Shown: piece by piece, positions 14,301 through 28,115 of the stretch
Position numbering within the stretch: position 1 is the first letter of the stretch
Layout: each line of letters starts with the position of its first letter
From: Glaucostegus cemiculus
Lineage: Eukaryota
Assembly (NCBI GenBank): GCA_976551045.1
Contig: CDPCPM010000005.1
Location: 20,832,001-20,896,000 of the forward strand
Direction of reading: 5' to 3'
Length of the DNA: 64,000 nt
The notes under the pieces: generated by a model
Told to the model about the DNA's origin: nothing
Seen by the model: only the letters and a program-made list of their open reading frames with translations
The model's database searches: none
Position numbers and translations under genes: made by a program

Positions 14301-15600
14301 TTTGAATTCCCAGCAGAGATATTCAGCTAATTTTTCACCTTCTGACTGATTGCTTCTGAAACCTATTGCAAAACTTTCCCATTGGACTATCAGGCTTCAT
14401 ATTACTAAGCTGACATTTTGAAGCAAAGTCCCTGGTATTAGTGTATGATTCTCCAACCACAATGCTGCTCCCTCACCAAGCCTAAATAAACACATGTAGA
14501 TCTACTATAAATATTAACTAAGGTAAGTTACATATCAATATGGTGTAGTACCTTTGAATTCAGAATTTTGGCCCAGTTATGAGGAATGTGTCTTTTTCAT
14601 TGTACAGAATGAAATCATTATAATAACACTTACAAAATCCCAGCTCCCTAAGGTGAAATAAGTCTGGCTCATACTAACTTGATTTCAAAGATTTTCGAAT
14701 AAATGCCTTAGTGCAAATCAAACAAGATAACAAATGTTGGCATAGAAATTTAATCACTCAGCACATGATTTTTAAATGATAACGGATTGAATTGTGGCAT
14801 AAAATCGATTGTGCATAATGAAACATTGGAATGCACTTTTATGTGCATGTTGAGCATTTACGCCCTAAGTACACAGAGCTGGCAGGATCAGCATCAATCG
14901 TCATGCAGTCAACACCTCTTCTGTGCAACTAATTCACATGCATGCAACTAAGGTACTAAGTAGGCCAGATGATCATCTACTTGAGGTCTTGTTGGGAAAA
15001 CAGTTGGAGCAGAAGCTAATCGTAGATCTTTGGAGCTACTGAAGATTTCAAAGCATTTTAGAGGTGAAACCTCTTTCTCTTGGTATAAAAGATGGGTGTT
15101 TTAGTTGTGGTACTAGTGACTCTCCAGAACCACATGAAGCAAAATGATTGAAGGCAAAGGTTTATTGGAAGATGAGGCTAAAGAAAGAGGGGGAGAATAG
15201 TTCTGGTCTGGAGATTCTACCTGGCAGAGTCATCTGGAGCTATGTTCCTAGCCTGCCCCCAGTCCATTCCCACATTCTTGTGCAAAGGCTAAGATTTTCA
15301 AGAAGGGTGAGGACTGAGATCTGTCATCTGCTGCAGGCAGAGCTTCTGTGCCTGAGTCACTTATTCTGAGAAATGAAGGTTACTGTTGCTCCTGAATTGT
15401 TCCATGCCTATTGAGTGTAATACATATCAAATGATTGGCAGCAACTGTCAGAGCTTCCTTCCTGTCAAAGGAGGCTCAGCTTGGACCACCTTAAGAGACA
15501 TTGTTATGTTTTGGTACTCCAACACTTGTGAGGAGGTTACTATGTCATATAACATCTTTACCATCTTCTGTGCCCTCGTTATCCTCAACAATGACAACAT

Positions 15601-16030
15601 AGTGGTTTAGTGTGTATCTAGCAACTAGTATCTCGAGGCCTGGTCCTGGTGTCATGAATTCAAACCCTATCTTGTTACTTGAAGAACGCAGGAAATTAAG
15701 TGGACTGGAATAAAAAGCCATTATCAGAAATGGTAACTGTGCAACTACTGGATTGTTGAAGTAAACCCATGTGGGTTTTTATAATATCCTTCAGGGAACA
15801 AAATCTGCCACCCTTATGTTTTAAATGAGTCTAGTGTTTAATGCTTAAGAGTCCTCTGAAATGGACCATTTTAAGGCTATGATTAAATAAATAAAAGAAA
15901 GTCACCACCTGGGGCTGCACCATAACTGCAATGTCAGAATTTCCTCACCACAATCAGTGCAGAGAGTCAGGAAGGTGGCTCATCAGTCCAACGGCAATTA
16001 AGGATAGTCAGTAAATTCTGACCTCTCTGT
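15601..16030 (+). mobile_element. tRNA-derived SINE with CR1/L2-LINE-derived tail
   Basis: A-box-like gtggtttagtg, B-box-like gaattcaaacc, body tccttcagggaacaaaatctgcc, tail ggcaattaaggatagtcagtaaa. Homologous to 54525-54886. Confidence 0.7.
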
Positions 16031-18237
16031 GTGCTAAATTGTATTCACCATTCTTGTTTCCAATTGCAAAACTTAATTAAACCTTTCTGAAAATCTTTAG
16101 CTGCATACCCTGAGTCTTCTGCATTCTCTATTTTAGCTTCGTCAACATTTGACAAGATTACGTTGGGTTTCATTATACAAAGATATTTATGTAAATTAGA
16201 AGCAACAGGTTAAAGCCCTGTGGAATTACATCATCTGAGGCTGATCTTAAGGCATGAGATTTCAAATAATACTATAAAGATATACAAAGGGGCCTGTTCA
16301 CATTGTCCCGGACAGTGAATTAATTTATTATGAGGCACAGAAATGCTTTAGTCACTGCTACCAATGCTTACTCATGGGATATTTGCCCTTTTAGGGGAGA
16401 AGAAGTTTGCCATCTCTTATGATATTTAAGGGAAGCCAACACTCATTAAGTGGGTGGTGCACTCAGGAGAGTAAATGGTTCTGATGTTGGAGGCCTGATT
16501 CCTGAGTCTGACGACTGAGGTCTGGAATGCCCCATAAAGGTAAAGGGTACATCTTGTTTTGACACCCTGGCATTTTGCTATTTTCCTTGAATGTGGTGTC
16601 TCAAGATGAAAGTGTTGCAGAATCCACCAGCAAACTTTGCATTCACATTCAACATTCTTTGCATCTGATCATAGGCTACTTAATATTGAACACTGAAAAT
16701 TGAATATCTGAATACTGGAATGCTTTTTTAATTATTTTTTCTATTCAAGATCATAATGCATGGTTAGTAGCATCTATCGTCCCTGAAACATTTGGGAGGC
16801 CTACATCACAAATGAGTCATCAACGTACTGAATATATATCAACACAGATGGATGAACTTAAAAATTGTCTCATGGAAGGTGATGATTTTCTAGAATGTAG
16901 ATGACACCTGAAAAAACAGTTGTGCCTCAACTAATTGAGTTAGCTGCAGTGGTTCTGCTGTGAATGCTTTCCGGATGTGAATGGATTTAAAGAAGTCAAA
17001 TTTAGGAGTGTGACCCCTTGTGCCTGCTTTGAAGACACATTAGCTATAGAGAGATTGCTTAAACCAGCCATCACATGCTTCATTATGTGAATAAGACGAC
17101 AAACGGCTGTTTTGTTACATAATCTACCAATAAATTTGCAACAGTAGCCCTATCAACTGTGTGCATGAAAACTTGTTTTACAAGCAACCTAACCAGAATT
17201 CGTGAAACTCAAAAGATAAATTTAAAAAAAATCCTAAATGAGTCCCAGGAGGGAAAAAAGCTCAGTTATTAAATTTATAGGCAGCTGTCAGTCTCTCCTG
17301 ATTGCATTTCACCACCATCCTCAACCCCACTCCAGATTTACTATAGGTCCTTGGCTTGAATCTCAGGCAATAGACCTTACTACTCTAACTTCTGGGCCTG
17401 TTGCTTGCTATTCTATACTCATGGGGTGACCAACATGTTGTTCACCCATCTGCCTCATTAGGCCTGTATAACATCAGTAGTATCTAGACAGCATTCCAAT
17501 ATCTCAGCCCACGTCACAAAGTCACCAACTTTCCAAAGCTGATGCTACTGTAAGTTCATATTCAGGATATCCTGAGATTATTGGTAAATGCTTTGATGAA
17601 AAGGTAAAGAAATGCACAGAAAAGCCTGAACTATAAACATATTTATTCACATTATAGATTGAGATGCACCAGAGAATATCCTTACGGCAGAGGAATTCAA
17701 TCAGAAGTAACCACAAGTAAACCTAGTTACAGATCATCTTATCCTTATTCCTGTACATGGTGTTACAAAGGAATTGTTGGAACAGTTGGTGGCTCATGAT
17801 TCCATGTGACTCTCAGTTATCCTGGGACAACAGTAAGAACTGCAGCAGTGCCAACATCAACAAAGCCATTGTAATTGAAGTAACAATTGGAAATGGCAAT
17901 ACAGACACCTAATCCTTCAGCACCTGCCTCCAAAACGTCTAACACCTACAATCTTCGTGCATTAATGATGTTAGAGGCAATTTTTAATTAATTAGGTGGA
18001 GGTCATATGTATATAGACCATTTAATTATTTCTGGTCCACTTATCAATTTCAATGCAGGCCAAGAATGGTGTTTTTAGTGCCTGTATATATTTCTACAAC
18101 ATCATTTTCTGGTCTTGCTGCTAACAATGCTTTCTGTGAAAAGTTATCTACAAAAAAATTACGGTGTACTTGCTAACTCTTCAGCCTCCTTTGCCTTTTT
18201 ATTGACCATTAGAAGTTTGAAAGCTGGTGTTATCTCC

Positions 18238-18510
18238 GAGGGTATGCATTTAAGGTGAGAGGGGGTAGGTTCAGAACAAATGAGGGGGGTACCTTTTTCA
18301 CTCAGAGAGTGGTGGATACCTGGAATATGTTGCCTGATAGGGTGGTGGGGGCAAGTTCATTGGGGGCTTTTAAGAGGGCCTTGGATGGGCACATGAATGA
18401 GAGGAAAATAGAGGGATATCGGCATTCTGTAGATAGGAGGGATTAGCTATGTTTGCACAACATTGTGGGCCGAAAGGCCTGTTCTGTGCTGTACTGTTCT
18501 ATGTCCTATG
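18238..18510 (+). mobile_element. CR1 (HER1-like) LINE 3' end
   Basis: ORF ...RGGRFRTNEGGTFFTQRVVDTWNMLPDRVVGASSLGAFKRALDGHM, followed by the tail tgggccgaaaggcctgttctgtgctgtactgttctatg. Confidence 0.92.
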
Positions 18511-19239
18511 TGTATCACTGTTTTAAATAAGATTTGGTACATATTGTTTGCTGTTGGATTTGTTTTAAAGACTGGTAAAGTTTTTTGTGATTGTAGTGTT
18601 TGTTGTATTGGGTGTACTGTTACAGTGTAATGTAGGAATGTCAGAGAAGAATAAAGAAGTATGCACTTGTTATTCAGCCCAAGAATATTTCAGAACCTGA
18701 TGAATCTATAAGGCACCTGCTGAAGCTAAAAAAAAGAGCCAGGGAGAAATGATCAGTGAAATAATTATTCAATGTCGCAAAATTACAAAAAGGGAACGTG
18801 GGCATGGAAGAGCAAAATTAGGGATTGTAGGTGGAAAATGTCTCACTTGGCCCAGGGGCTCCAGCAGCCTTAACACCCTTCAACATCAACGACATTTACT
18901 TTTCCAGATGCACAGAAGTGGATCACCTCACCATTATCAATATGAGTGAATGATTCTAGAAAATATTAATTTTTATACTATGCAAATTCACTTGTATAGA
19001 ATATCATGCTCTGACTCTTCTAGTAATGTTTGTTTTAAAATTGGTCAATAGGAGATGCAGTATAGTGAAACGAGCCACTCGTGACAGCTCCTTCCTTGGA
19101 GAGAATGCATTTAGCCATAATAGGCCACAGCTTCTGGCAACCTTCCAAGCAGAAAACTGACAAACCCCCTGACAAGCCATAGGTAAACTCAAAAGGCAAC
19201 ATCTCTTGGAGTTAAACACATGGCTTTGTCTTTGTCAAA

Positions 19240-19645
19240 TGTTTCACTTTGAGGTGAGTTTAAGTTCCACCCAGAAAATGAGCACACAATCTATGCTGAG
19301 ACTCAGTACAGAGGATGCTGCATTGCCCAGTGCAATGATCATTAGTTAAAATAAGGCCCCTACAGCCTCTTCCAGTAGTTCAGGTGAATGCCAGATTCCA
19401 TGTCATTGTTTGAAGAGGGAAAGGAATCCATTCCCTTCTCTGCCCAACATTGCTTCCTCAAATAACGACACCAAAAATAGATTAACTTGTTATGCACCTC
19501 TTTGCTATTCATGGTGTCTTGCTGTGTTTGCCATATTGACAACAATCAACTCAATTCAAAGTAAGTATATTAAACATATACAATCATAGTCTTTTAAGAG
19601 ATTTCAGAAAGATGTGATAAGCTGTTACTTGAATACAAAATTTTC
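19240..19645 (+). mobile_element. Deu-domain SINE (SacSINE1/AmnSINE1-like), near full length and old
   Basis: tgagcacacaatctatgctga..cagtacagaggatgctgcattg, then ttaaaataaggcccc..caggtgaatg..ttccatgtcattgtttgaagag, then cctcaaataacgacaccaaaaatagatt: the order of the DeuSINE core as recalled. Confidence 0.7.
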
Positions 19646-22494
19646 AGGCTTCTACGCAGAGGATGAACTGCCATATGGGATCAACTATTGATAATTTAAA
19701 AGTTTAATTTTGACTGTTCTTGAACTCTAAATAATCTGAAATTCATTCTTGACTTTTTGTTTCTATTAATCTAACACTTCAGTGGATTTCATTGATGTAG
19801 CTGAGATATTACTGCTGCTATTGATCATAGCGACAGACAGTGATGCTTAAACTGATAGTTCCAGGAGCAGCTTGTGCGTGATTGCTTTTAAAATGATCCA
19901 AAAATAATACATTTTTGTAATTACCTCAATTAGATTACTTTGTTATAAAAGTAATTTAATTCCCAGTATCATGCAATTATTAATAATCCTTCACCATCAG
20001 CCTGAAATCCATGGATACTTAATTTCAAATGAATGAGGTTGACCTAAGCACTGTTGCTTCTGTTTTAATGTTTACTACAGGTGCAATATAAAGAAATGCT
20101 GTAACTTTGGAATGGTACATATGTGAATCCTAACTTAAGATGCACCGCTGATAATATTAATAGAACATCAGAGTGATTTATCTCATCTGGAAATTTAAAA
20201 ATGGATGCAAAGACTCGGAGGAATGAGTTTCAAGTATAGAAAAGGCCAAGTGCTGCAATACTAGATCATACAAACAGAGAACTGGCATTTAGTGTTGCTG
20301 ACTGTGAAGAAAGGAAGCCAGGACAACTCAAAATGTCAGGTGCACAAAGTAATGCATCTGTGCTTGGTAGGAGGCTAACAGAAGGGGCCTTCATGGTCCA
20401 CTTGACAATTGCGTATCAACTGCAGCAAAAAAAAAAGCAGGAAAAGGAATGGGTATTTAAAATGAGACACAACTTCCAGCAGAACAGAAAGCACTTAAAG
20501 CCAACCCTTTGGTCTGATGAGTCATCAGCCTGTAAATATACAGTATGATTTACAAGGCTTACAACTTGATACGTTTGTGACATAGGATATTTCAGTCATC
20601 CAAGCACACTTTTAATGCTACTTGTTTGTCCAGTTAGAAGGGTGATAGGTGACAAGTAGGTGGTCTGCATCCAGTTGTGAAAAACATCGTCCATCTTGAA
20701 GAAGCAGATAATGTACTTATTAAATTGGCTGTCAGGCAGCCATTAATTCAGACTTACATTCTAAGACTGTCTGTCATTTTAACAGTAATAGCCACTAAAT
20801 TCTAGGAATTGACTCTGAATTCAAGCTGGCAGCATGTGCATTGTAATAAATGTATCTACTAATTGCTATAGTGTCTGAATGAGCAAACTGATTAATTAGG
20901 CATTTGTCACCTATTGCAGTATAGAACTCTGACTTCGGACACCATGCGAATGCTTTGCTTTAGATACTCCTTGTAAAACTGACCTAATTGCATGAATAAA
21001 GTTTTGCGGCATGGGGTGGGGTGTCAGGGGAAAGAATAATATAATACACATGAATGTTATTTAATAAAACAGAGAAAGAAAGATGTTAAAATCATATTCA
21101 TTAAAGTCCTGTTTATAACAAGCTTCATTGAAAGCAGGTGTTTAAACATAAAATTGGGTGTGAAGCAGCCTGTTTTGCAACAGGAGAGATGTCACTGGTA
21201 AGAAGGCTATGCTGCTGGTAAGTGCAAGCCTCATTTCCATGAAACAATTATTCAAATTAAACATGGCAATAATTTTCTTGTTCTTTAACTGTATATTCAC
21301 CCTGATGATCAGACTGTCCATGTAAAATGGGTGCTTTGACTGATCCACAGGCTCTGTGTACTTTGGTACCATTTCAGAGCTAGGTGGCTAATTGCATTCT
21401 TGCGATATTTCAGTACCAATGCATTTACTTCAAGGTGCTTCCAGAAATGGATTTTGCCATTTTTGGGGAAAACAGAAGGCCTTTCCACACTTTTACATTG
21501 TTAGTGCACTGGAATTTGGGTTGGGAATCCGGTTGGTCTTTCCCATTGTCTTGCATTGTGCAGAGAAATAGAACTTGTTGAATAGTTGTTCTGTGTAAGT
21601 GCATCGACATTGCAAAGGATGTGTGTACATCTATCAGTATCTCTGGACCCACATTCATCACCTCTGATAAACCATACCTGAGTGTGCTCTAACAGACTTG
21701 CATTTACTATTTGCTTTGCTGGAAAGGCTGTGACAGAGCTAAGCTATGCAGTTCCAGTCAGATGCGCAGGCTTCAACAGATGGGATAACCCTTCCATGGT
21801 TGTAAAGGTCATCACTACATTCAGCATCTACAATACTAAACTCTGCAGGCTGCTGCAGGGGAGAACTGTGAACTCAGCCAGTCCACAATCCATGGATATA
21901 TAAAGTGAGTGATGAAACACTAGGACTGACTTCCACAGTCCAGCTCCAAAGGAACACCTGAAAAGTGTAAGCAAATCATGTGCTCCTATTTTACTTTTGA
22001 ATAGTTTTGCAGTTGCTCTGTGATTTATCTAGTGTCTGTACCTGACTGTGCCTGAAGAGGGTGCAACAATATAAATTACATGCAAATGAATATCAGTGAT
22101 TTCCACTAATAGGTAGATCATCCCAATAAAATCTTGGCTCGATTGCTTGTTTTGCTAGCATTTAGATTCTAGCTGTGTTAAAGGGGCAGCCTGTTGAAAT
22201 CCTAGAAGGGTGGAAACTTTGGCATATTACTTTTCAATTCATTTTGTTGCATGTTGAAAGGCAGTAATAATACTCCTCATCCTGAATGGACTGAACTGAA
22301 CAAGTTTAGTTTAGCTGCAGCTCTCCAGCAGAAACAATTATTTAGTATTTTGGGGTATCTTTACATATGGCATGCTTGGAGCAGAGATGGATGAAGGGGC
22401 AGAGGCTAAGATGTAAGTCTTTAAAGCATTGACTGTTCAGGAATGTATCCACAGATCTTCACAAGTCTGGTCACAAGGTATTGTGAAATTTTTT

Positions 22495-23590
22495 TAAATT
22501 ATGGGATGTGGGCATGAGTTGCAAGATCAGCATTTGTGCCCATCCATGATGCTGAGCCACACTCTGGAGTGCTGCAGCCTTTATGGAGAAGGTACTCTCA
22601 CAGTGGTTTTAGGTACAGAGTGCTAGAATTTTGACCCCATGAAGAAGAACCGGGGATACATTTCCAAATCTGGGTTGTGTGTGTAACTTGGAGGGGAACT
22701 TGCCGTCTGATGTACATACCGCCTTTTGGTGGAAGTGCTGTTGAAAAGCCTTGGTAAATTAGTGTAGTGTATTTTGAGGTTATACACATAACCACGGTAA
22801 ATCTGTGATTTTTTTAAAATAGTATTTGTATTAGTTGATGGGATGCCAATCAGGCTGGCTGTTTTGTACTGGATGGTGACAAGCTCCTTGAGAGCTGGTG
22901 GGGTTGCACTTAATTAGGGAAGTGCTGAATATTCAATCACACTCATGACATATTTCTTGTAAATAGTTACCAAGCTTTGGCAGTCAAAGAGGTGAGTCAT
23001 TTACCATGGAATCCCTAGCTCTGACCTGTTCTTTTGATCACTGTATTTATGGGGCTGGCCATGTTAATTTCTTGGTCAACAGTGGCCTCTAGGATGTTGA
23101 TGGAGGTGTATCTCTTGTTGATGTTGGCCATGACTTGCTATGATACCTGTCTCTTAACAGCACAAGGCTGATTGTTGTTCAGGTCTTGCTATTGCTTGGA
23201 AAACAGTGTTTTTTTTATCTGACAAATGGTGAATGGAAACGAACATAGTGTATCAGTGAATTTTGGATTTTACATTGAAGATTCATCATAAAATGGTGGG
23301 TCCATGACGCTGTGTTGAGTAACTACAATATCCTCAGGCTGAGATAACTGACCTTGCTGTGAAAAAAAAATCTTTCTTTCTAGTATGACTGAGTTGATAG
23401 ATTTCCCCTCATCAGCATTTATTTTAATTTTAGTAATTCTCTTCTGTTCCACACTCATCAAATACTGCCTTGATATCAAGAGCTGTCACTCTTAACTCCT
23501 CTCCAGAATTGAGTTTATTTTGTCCATATTTGTACAAAGCCTGTAATGAGGACTGGAGTCAAGTCATCCTGACGGCAGTGAAACTGGGTA
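22495..23590 (-). mobile_element. CR1/L2-group LINE fragment (same family as 1395-2045)
   Basis: Begins with the reversed tail (atgggatgtgggcat...catttgtgcccatcc). RT remnants include reversed LDI..AF (aatactgccttgatatcaag). Confidence 0.8.
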
Positions 23591-24499
23591 TTTTGTATGT
23601 GGTGAATAGCCAGTGGTCCTGAGTTAGACCCTATAAACCTTTTCTTCATGTGGATGCTTTACTGTGACAATGAATCCAACTTACAAGGCAGCTCCAAGCT
23701 CTGTAAGTAGAACTGACTTGTATTGGAATAGTATTGTGGGTCTCACTATTGATGTTGATCATGGTAATTGACAAAAGCATAGATGGTTTGAGGAAACTTT
23801 CTTTGGGCAAGTATCAAACATTTTATTTTATATACTTTGAATAATCCCAAGTTATATACTGCAAAAATTCAAATTATTGCATGTCTAGATACCATGGAGA
23901 AAAGCCATCAAACCACTGGTCTACTAATCTGAGCCAATGGTCGTTTGATGTCAGTGTATGTACTAGCACTATGATAGCTGGCAATCAAAGGTAATATCCC
24001 CACACATGTTGAATGGAGAACTGAAAAGTACTTTGGTTTAAGGGGTATATCCAACCACTTGAATCAATATACATTTCTTTGCTTTCCTTGCTGAAGAATG
24101 TACCTCGCATGCTGGAACAGTAATAAGAAAGTATGTACCATGTGAAGTGCATATTTCTGGTTGGAACAGAGGCAGGGAAGAGGCTAAAATGGGTTATAAA
24201 ATCAGGATTTTTTTAAATGCCATGGGTTATGGGATCGAAGGGAAATGACAGAATAAAAACAATAGGATTTTCCATGTGATAGGCTATGGGTGACTAACAA
24301 AGCATGATGCGTGGTTTGAACGGCGACTATTAATTCTGTGAAGTTCGGGGCTTGAAGGGTGGAGACAGGCTATATTACTGAACATATGAAATTTGGCTCA
24401 GTGATTGCACAAAGTATCCACCAACTTGCTCAAAGTAATAAAGATCACTGTGGGAGGGAAATAGAATTTTATAAAGGATGGGAAGCTTGTTTGGTGGAA

Positions 24500-24620
24500 A
24501 ATGTCTAAAGATGTACGGGTAGGTTAATTTGGGGGTTTAAAATGGGCAGCGCGGACTTGTTGGGCTGAAAGGGCCTGTTACCACGCTGGAAATAAAACTT
24601 TAAAAAATTTAAAAAAAAAA
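24500..24620 (+). mobile_element. HE1-type (V-SINE) 3' fragment with A-rich tail
   Basis: aaagatgtacgggtaggttaatttggg...ttgttgggctgaaagggcctgttaccacgctg; the tail is homologous to the CR1 tail at 18463-18491. Confidence 0.75.
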
Positions 24621-25564
24621 GATATTAGTCTTACCAATGTTACCTGAAGAAAGTTCTGCCCAGATTGTGGCCCTGTGTATCATTTAGCACAACAGCAAAG
24701 GAAGATTCGAGTAAAACTGGGACAGGTGGAGTTGAGTCATGGATGAAAACATCCCTAAAAAAAGTGCTTATTGTCAAAGAATAGCAAGGGATCCCGATGA
24801 CTGTCCCACCTCTCTCAAAAAAAAATCCCTTGTCAATGGATTACAATTGAAAAGACTACTTGTTGAACTAACTGCTCGTAGTTACCTGCCACAGACCTTT
24901 CCCGTTGAATGCAGAATTGCATAGATTGATAATGCAAGTATCTTGAGTGCAGCTCACGAGACCAGTTGTGAAAGGCTGCAACAACTTAAATCTTGCTGAA
25001 CCTCCAGTATTTTCAGGTGTGGTTCACTGATGTCCCAGTTAAATCCACCCAAAGTCACAATTGGTGCCTGGATTCGTTGTGGTCACTTGGAATTGATGGT
25101 TGCTGTCAGTTTCATAATTGGGGGGGGGGGGGAGCAGGATCTCTTCAAATCAAATATCAAAACTTAAATCAGGCATTACTTCCTGAATACTCATTGGATG
25201 CAATGAAGCAGTTAAAGCGTAGTTAGTGTACTCTGTCACAGGGAAATGGGCTTGTATCATAGGAGGAGTTCCCTTTTGTCAAGTTTTTCCTCTGACAAAA
25301 TGAACATATAGATAAATATGACCAGATCCAGAAGCTGTTAAACTGATAGGACTGCATAGAATGGTGCCGGTTTCAACTGGTTTGAAGGTTACTTGTAGCC
25401 CAGATGGGAAATGGTGTCTTAATTGAAGCAATTGGATCCATTCTTTAGTAATATCTTTGAATATCTTTTGGTCCACTGGCAGTCAAATGACTCTGGGCAG
25501 ATCTTTTGCTAAATAAAGAATTAGCACAAGTACTCAATTGGCAGCAGTCCTCAAGGTGATTCCA

Positions 25565-25830
25565 GGGTGGTATGGGGGAGTGATTGGAAAAGTCGGGGAC
25601 TGGGTGAGCAGGGAGAAGCAATTCAGAAGTGACTGGGAGGGTGGAGAGGGGGCTTGGTATTAGGGGAAGTTGGAGCAAATAACTAAGTGAGCTGAGAAAG
25701 CAATGGGGGGGGGGAAGAGAGACAGCAATTGGGAGGGACAGCAATTGGGAGGTGAGGATAATCAGCAGTAAGGGGCGATTGGGAGTGGAAAATATTGAAG
25801 GGACCAGGGAAAAGTGATCCATGGAGAGAT
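25565..25830 (+). repeat. Purine/G-rich degenerate minisatellite
   Basis: Recurring (c/g)a(a/t)tggga(g/a) units, including a perfect 16-bp tandem gacagcaattgggagg at 25721-25736 and 25737-25752. Confidence 0.6.
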
Positions 25831-25944
25831 GGAAATCAAATTATCATCCTCCCTGATCTTTAAAGCCAATATTGGTTGCAGGGATTATCATCCTCTTGAG
25901 TAAATTGTTCAAAATTACCAGCATCTGCGGTTTTTAAAATTTAT

Positions 25945-26725
25945 AATCTGAAATAAAAATAGGAAATGCTGGAAACATTTAGCAGGTGAGGTGGTATCTG
26001 TGGAAAGAGAAACAGTTAACTTCTCAGGTTGAAGACCTTTTATCAAAAAAGGGAAAATGAAAGTAAGTTAGCTTTAATTTGTAGAGATGTTAGGGAAAGA
26101 AATGGAAAAGACAAGAAGAAATTTCTGGTAGGCTTATGTCAGAGTTGCCCAGCTGATCCAGATGTTTACTGAACCGTCTAGTTAAGTACTTAATGAGATC
26201 GGTTAGAGAGAGAGAGAGAAAAAAAAACGGGTCATGACAAAGCTGCGAAATGCAGCTTTTTGCAACACTTTCCAATGCAACTGCAGGAGACGCAACATCA
26301 ACACCTTCACCTCATCCTTACTTACCATCCAGGAATTCAAACAGTCCTTCATCTGATCTAGTGCACTGCATCCAGTGCTTACAATGTGCCCACCTCTACA
26401 TTGAAGAAACCAAACACTGATTGCGTGACCACTTTGCAGGGAAGGCCCTGAGCTTCCAGCTGACTGTTACTTTAATCTACCATTCTGTGGCCTTCTGTAC
26501 TGTTCTAACAAGGCCGAACGTGAACTTGAGCAATAGCACTTTGCCCTCCTTCTAGGCAAGTTGTAGATTTTGGGACTATCAAATTCAACAATTTCAGATT
26601 GCTCACTTTTTCTGGCCAGTTCTGTTGTAATGTTATCCACCTGTAATATTAACACTTTTTTTTCTCAGTTACTGCCTGATCTGCTAGACATTTCCAGCAT
26701 TCTCCCTTTGATTTCAGGTTTCAGC
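25945..26725. mobile_element. Penelope-like element relic: inverted terminal copy plus GIY-YIG endonuclease fragment
   Basis: 25945-26110 is a minus-orientation terminus. 26290-26600 (+) encodes decayed LVHCIQCLQCAHLYIEETKH*LRDHFA (GIY-YIG: VYCI.C..C...YIGET.R.L.DRF.EH), ending in ctgcctgatctgct...ccagcatt. Confidence 0.8.
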
Positions 26726-27882
26726 AACAGCTCTTACCAGCAATTACATCCTTAATATGGCCTTTTTTATTTTTTCTTTCTCTCTAACTGACCTTGTTCA
26801 TCTATTATATCAAAATTATTCTTTTAAAATGATAAATAATCTTTATTTCACTTTTAAAGAAAACTTTAAGGTATTTTAGCCTCTATCTTAATTTCCATTT
26901 TTCAATCATGGCATGGATGCTCAATAATGAGATCCCCAAGTATTGAAACCTGAAAGTAATCAAAGTTGGAAAAAATAAAATCCACACCTGAAATGGAAGA
27001 AAGCAGCCCACAAAGATCTTGCCACATCAGCAAGGGTGTCGTTGTTTTGCAACTGACTGCAAAATCCAGGCCACTAATGTTTTCTGAATACATGATAATC
27101 TAAATTTGTAACAGAACAACAAATAGATATTTAGTGCCCTACCTGATAATGTAGCTGAATGCCATTTTCAGTGGAAAACTTTTTTCTGCCTTCACCAATA
27201 TGGCCATACTGCTAATGAGGTGGTGTTCTAACAACTTTCTCAAAAGTCATATGAGGCAAAGCTTCTGCTTTGGGCACAATCAGACACTGTGTCTGGTACT
27301 CTGTATTTTCCTTTAAATATTCCTTGATGACCTGATGAGTTTGATATATTATAGTTGAAAATGGAATTAACATAAATGTCTATTTTTAAGTTGTCAATGA
27401 TCCCATTACACTCCATTAAATGTTAAATATCTGTAAATGTCCTTAAAAACCCATACAGAACTATTTACTGATTACAATTGTGCATGGTAGATGGGTTCTA
27501 AGTAAAACAATTAAACAGAAACTTTTAAAAGCCTTATGTTCAAGTAGCAGATTAGTTTTAAGAGCCTTTGAAGGCCCAAGAACAAATGCAATTAGTGCAA
27601 ATTTATGATGCTGATTATTTTTATCTGGAGCCACAGAGAGCTTGATGGACACAAGTGTGTATGTTTTTTCTAAGTGTGAAGAAAAATTTGCACTGGATGC
27701 AATTTGGATTTGTTTTCAATATTTTAGTGCAAATTTGACCAAAATTGTGTGGGGAAAAAAAAGAGTTCAAACACAGGCCAATATATTTTGAAATATACAA
27801 GGAAAATGCATAACACTAAAAGGTATTGAATATGAAGAAAACAAAGTGAAAATAATCACACAAATAGAGAGTGAGATGTTCC

Positions 27883-27888
27883 TTTATT
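27883..27888 (-). terminator. Candidate distal polyadenylation signal
   Basis: Minus-strand AATAAA followed by CA and a GU/U-rich tract (tatttgtgtgattattttcactttgttttcttc). Confidence 0.45.
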
Positions 27889-28109
27889 TATCAGTTTGCA
27901 GAATGTCAGATAAAAGCTCCTTCCATCTCACAGGGGATTTATGCAGAGTTAAATTGCTGGGCATTCTAACATCCAATTAATTCGAAGTACAGATGTATTC
28001 TCTCAAATAATTTTTGTATGGAAATTATACTGAAAATTAACATTGTTGCAAAAAATGAGGTGGAAATTTGATTGTTCAAACCTCCGATTGTAGCAGGTAG
28101 ATTTGATAT

Positions 28110-28115
28110 TTTATT
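28110..28115 (-). terminator. Candidate polyadenylation signal
   Basis: Minus-strand AATAAA preceded by two UGUA motifs (gtgtatttgtac), resembling CFIm sites. Confidence 0.4.

Noticed and set aside
20514-20528. Palindrome ctgatgagtcatcag (AP-1 site and hammerhead-like CTGATGA)
   Set aside because: Several 7-bp-arm palindromes are expected by chance in 64 kb, and no GAAA core follows.
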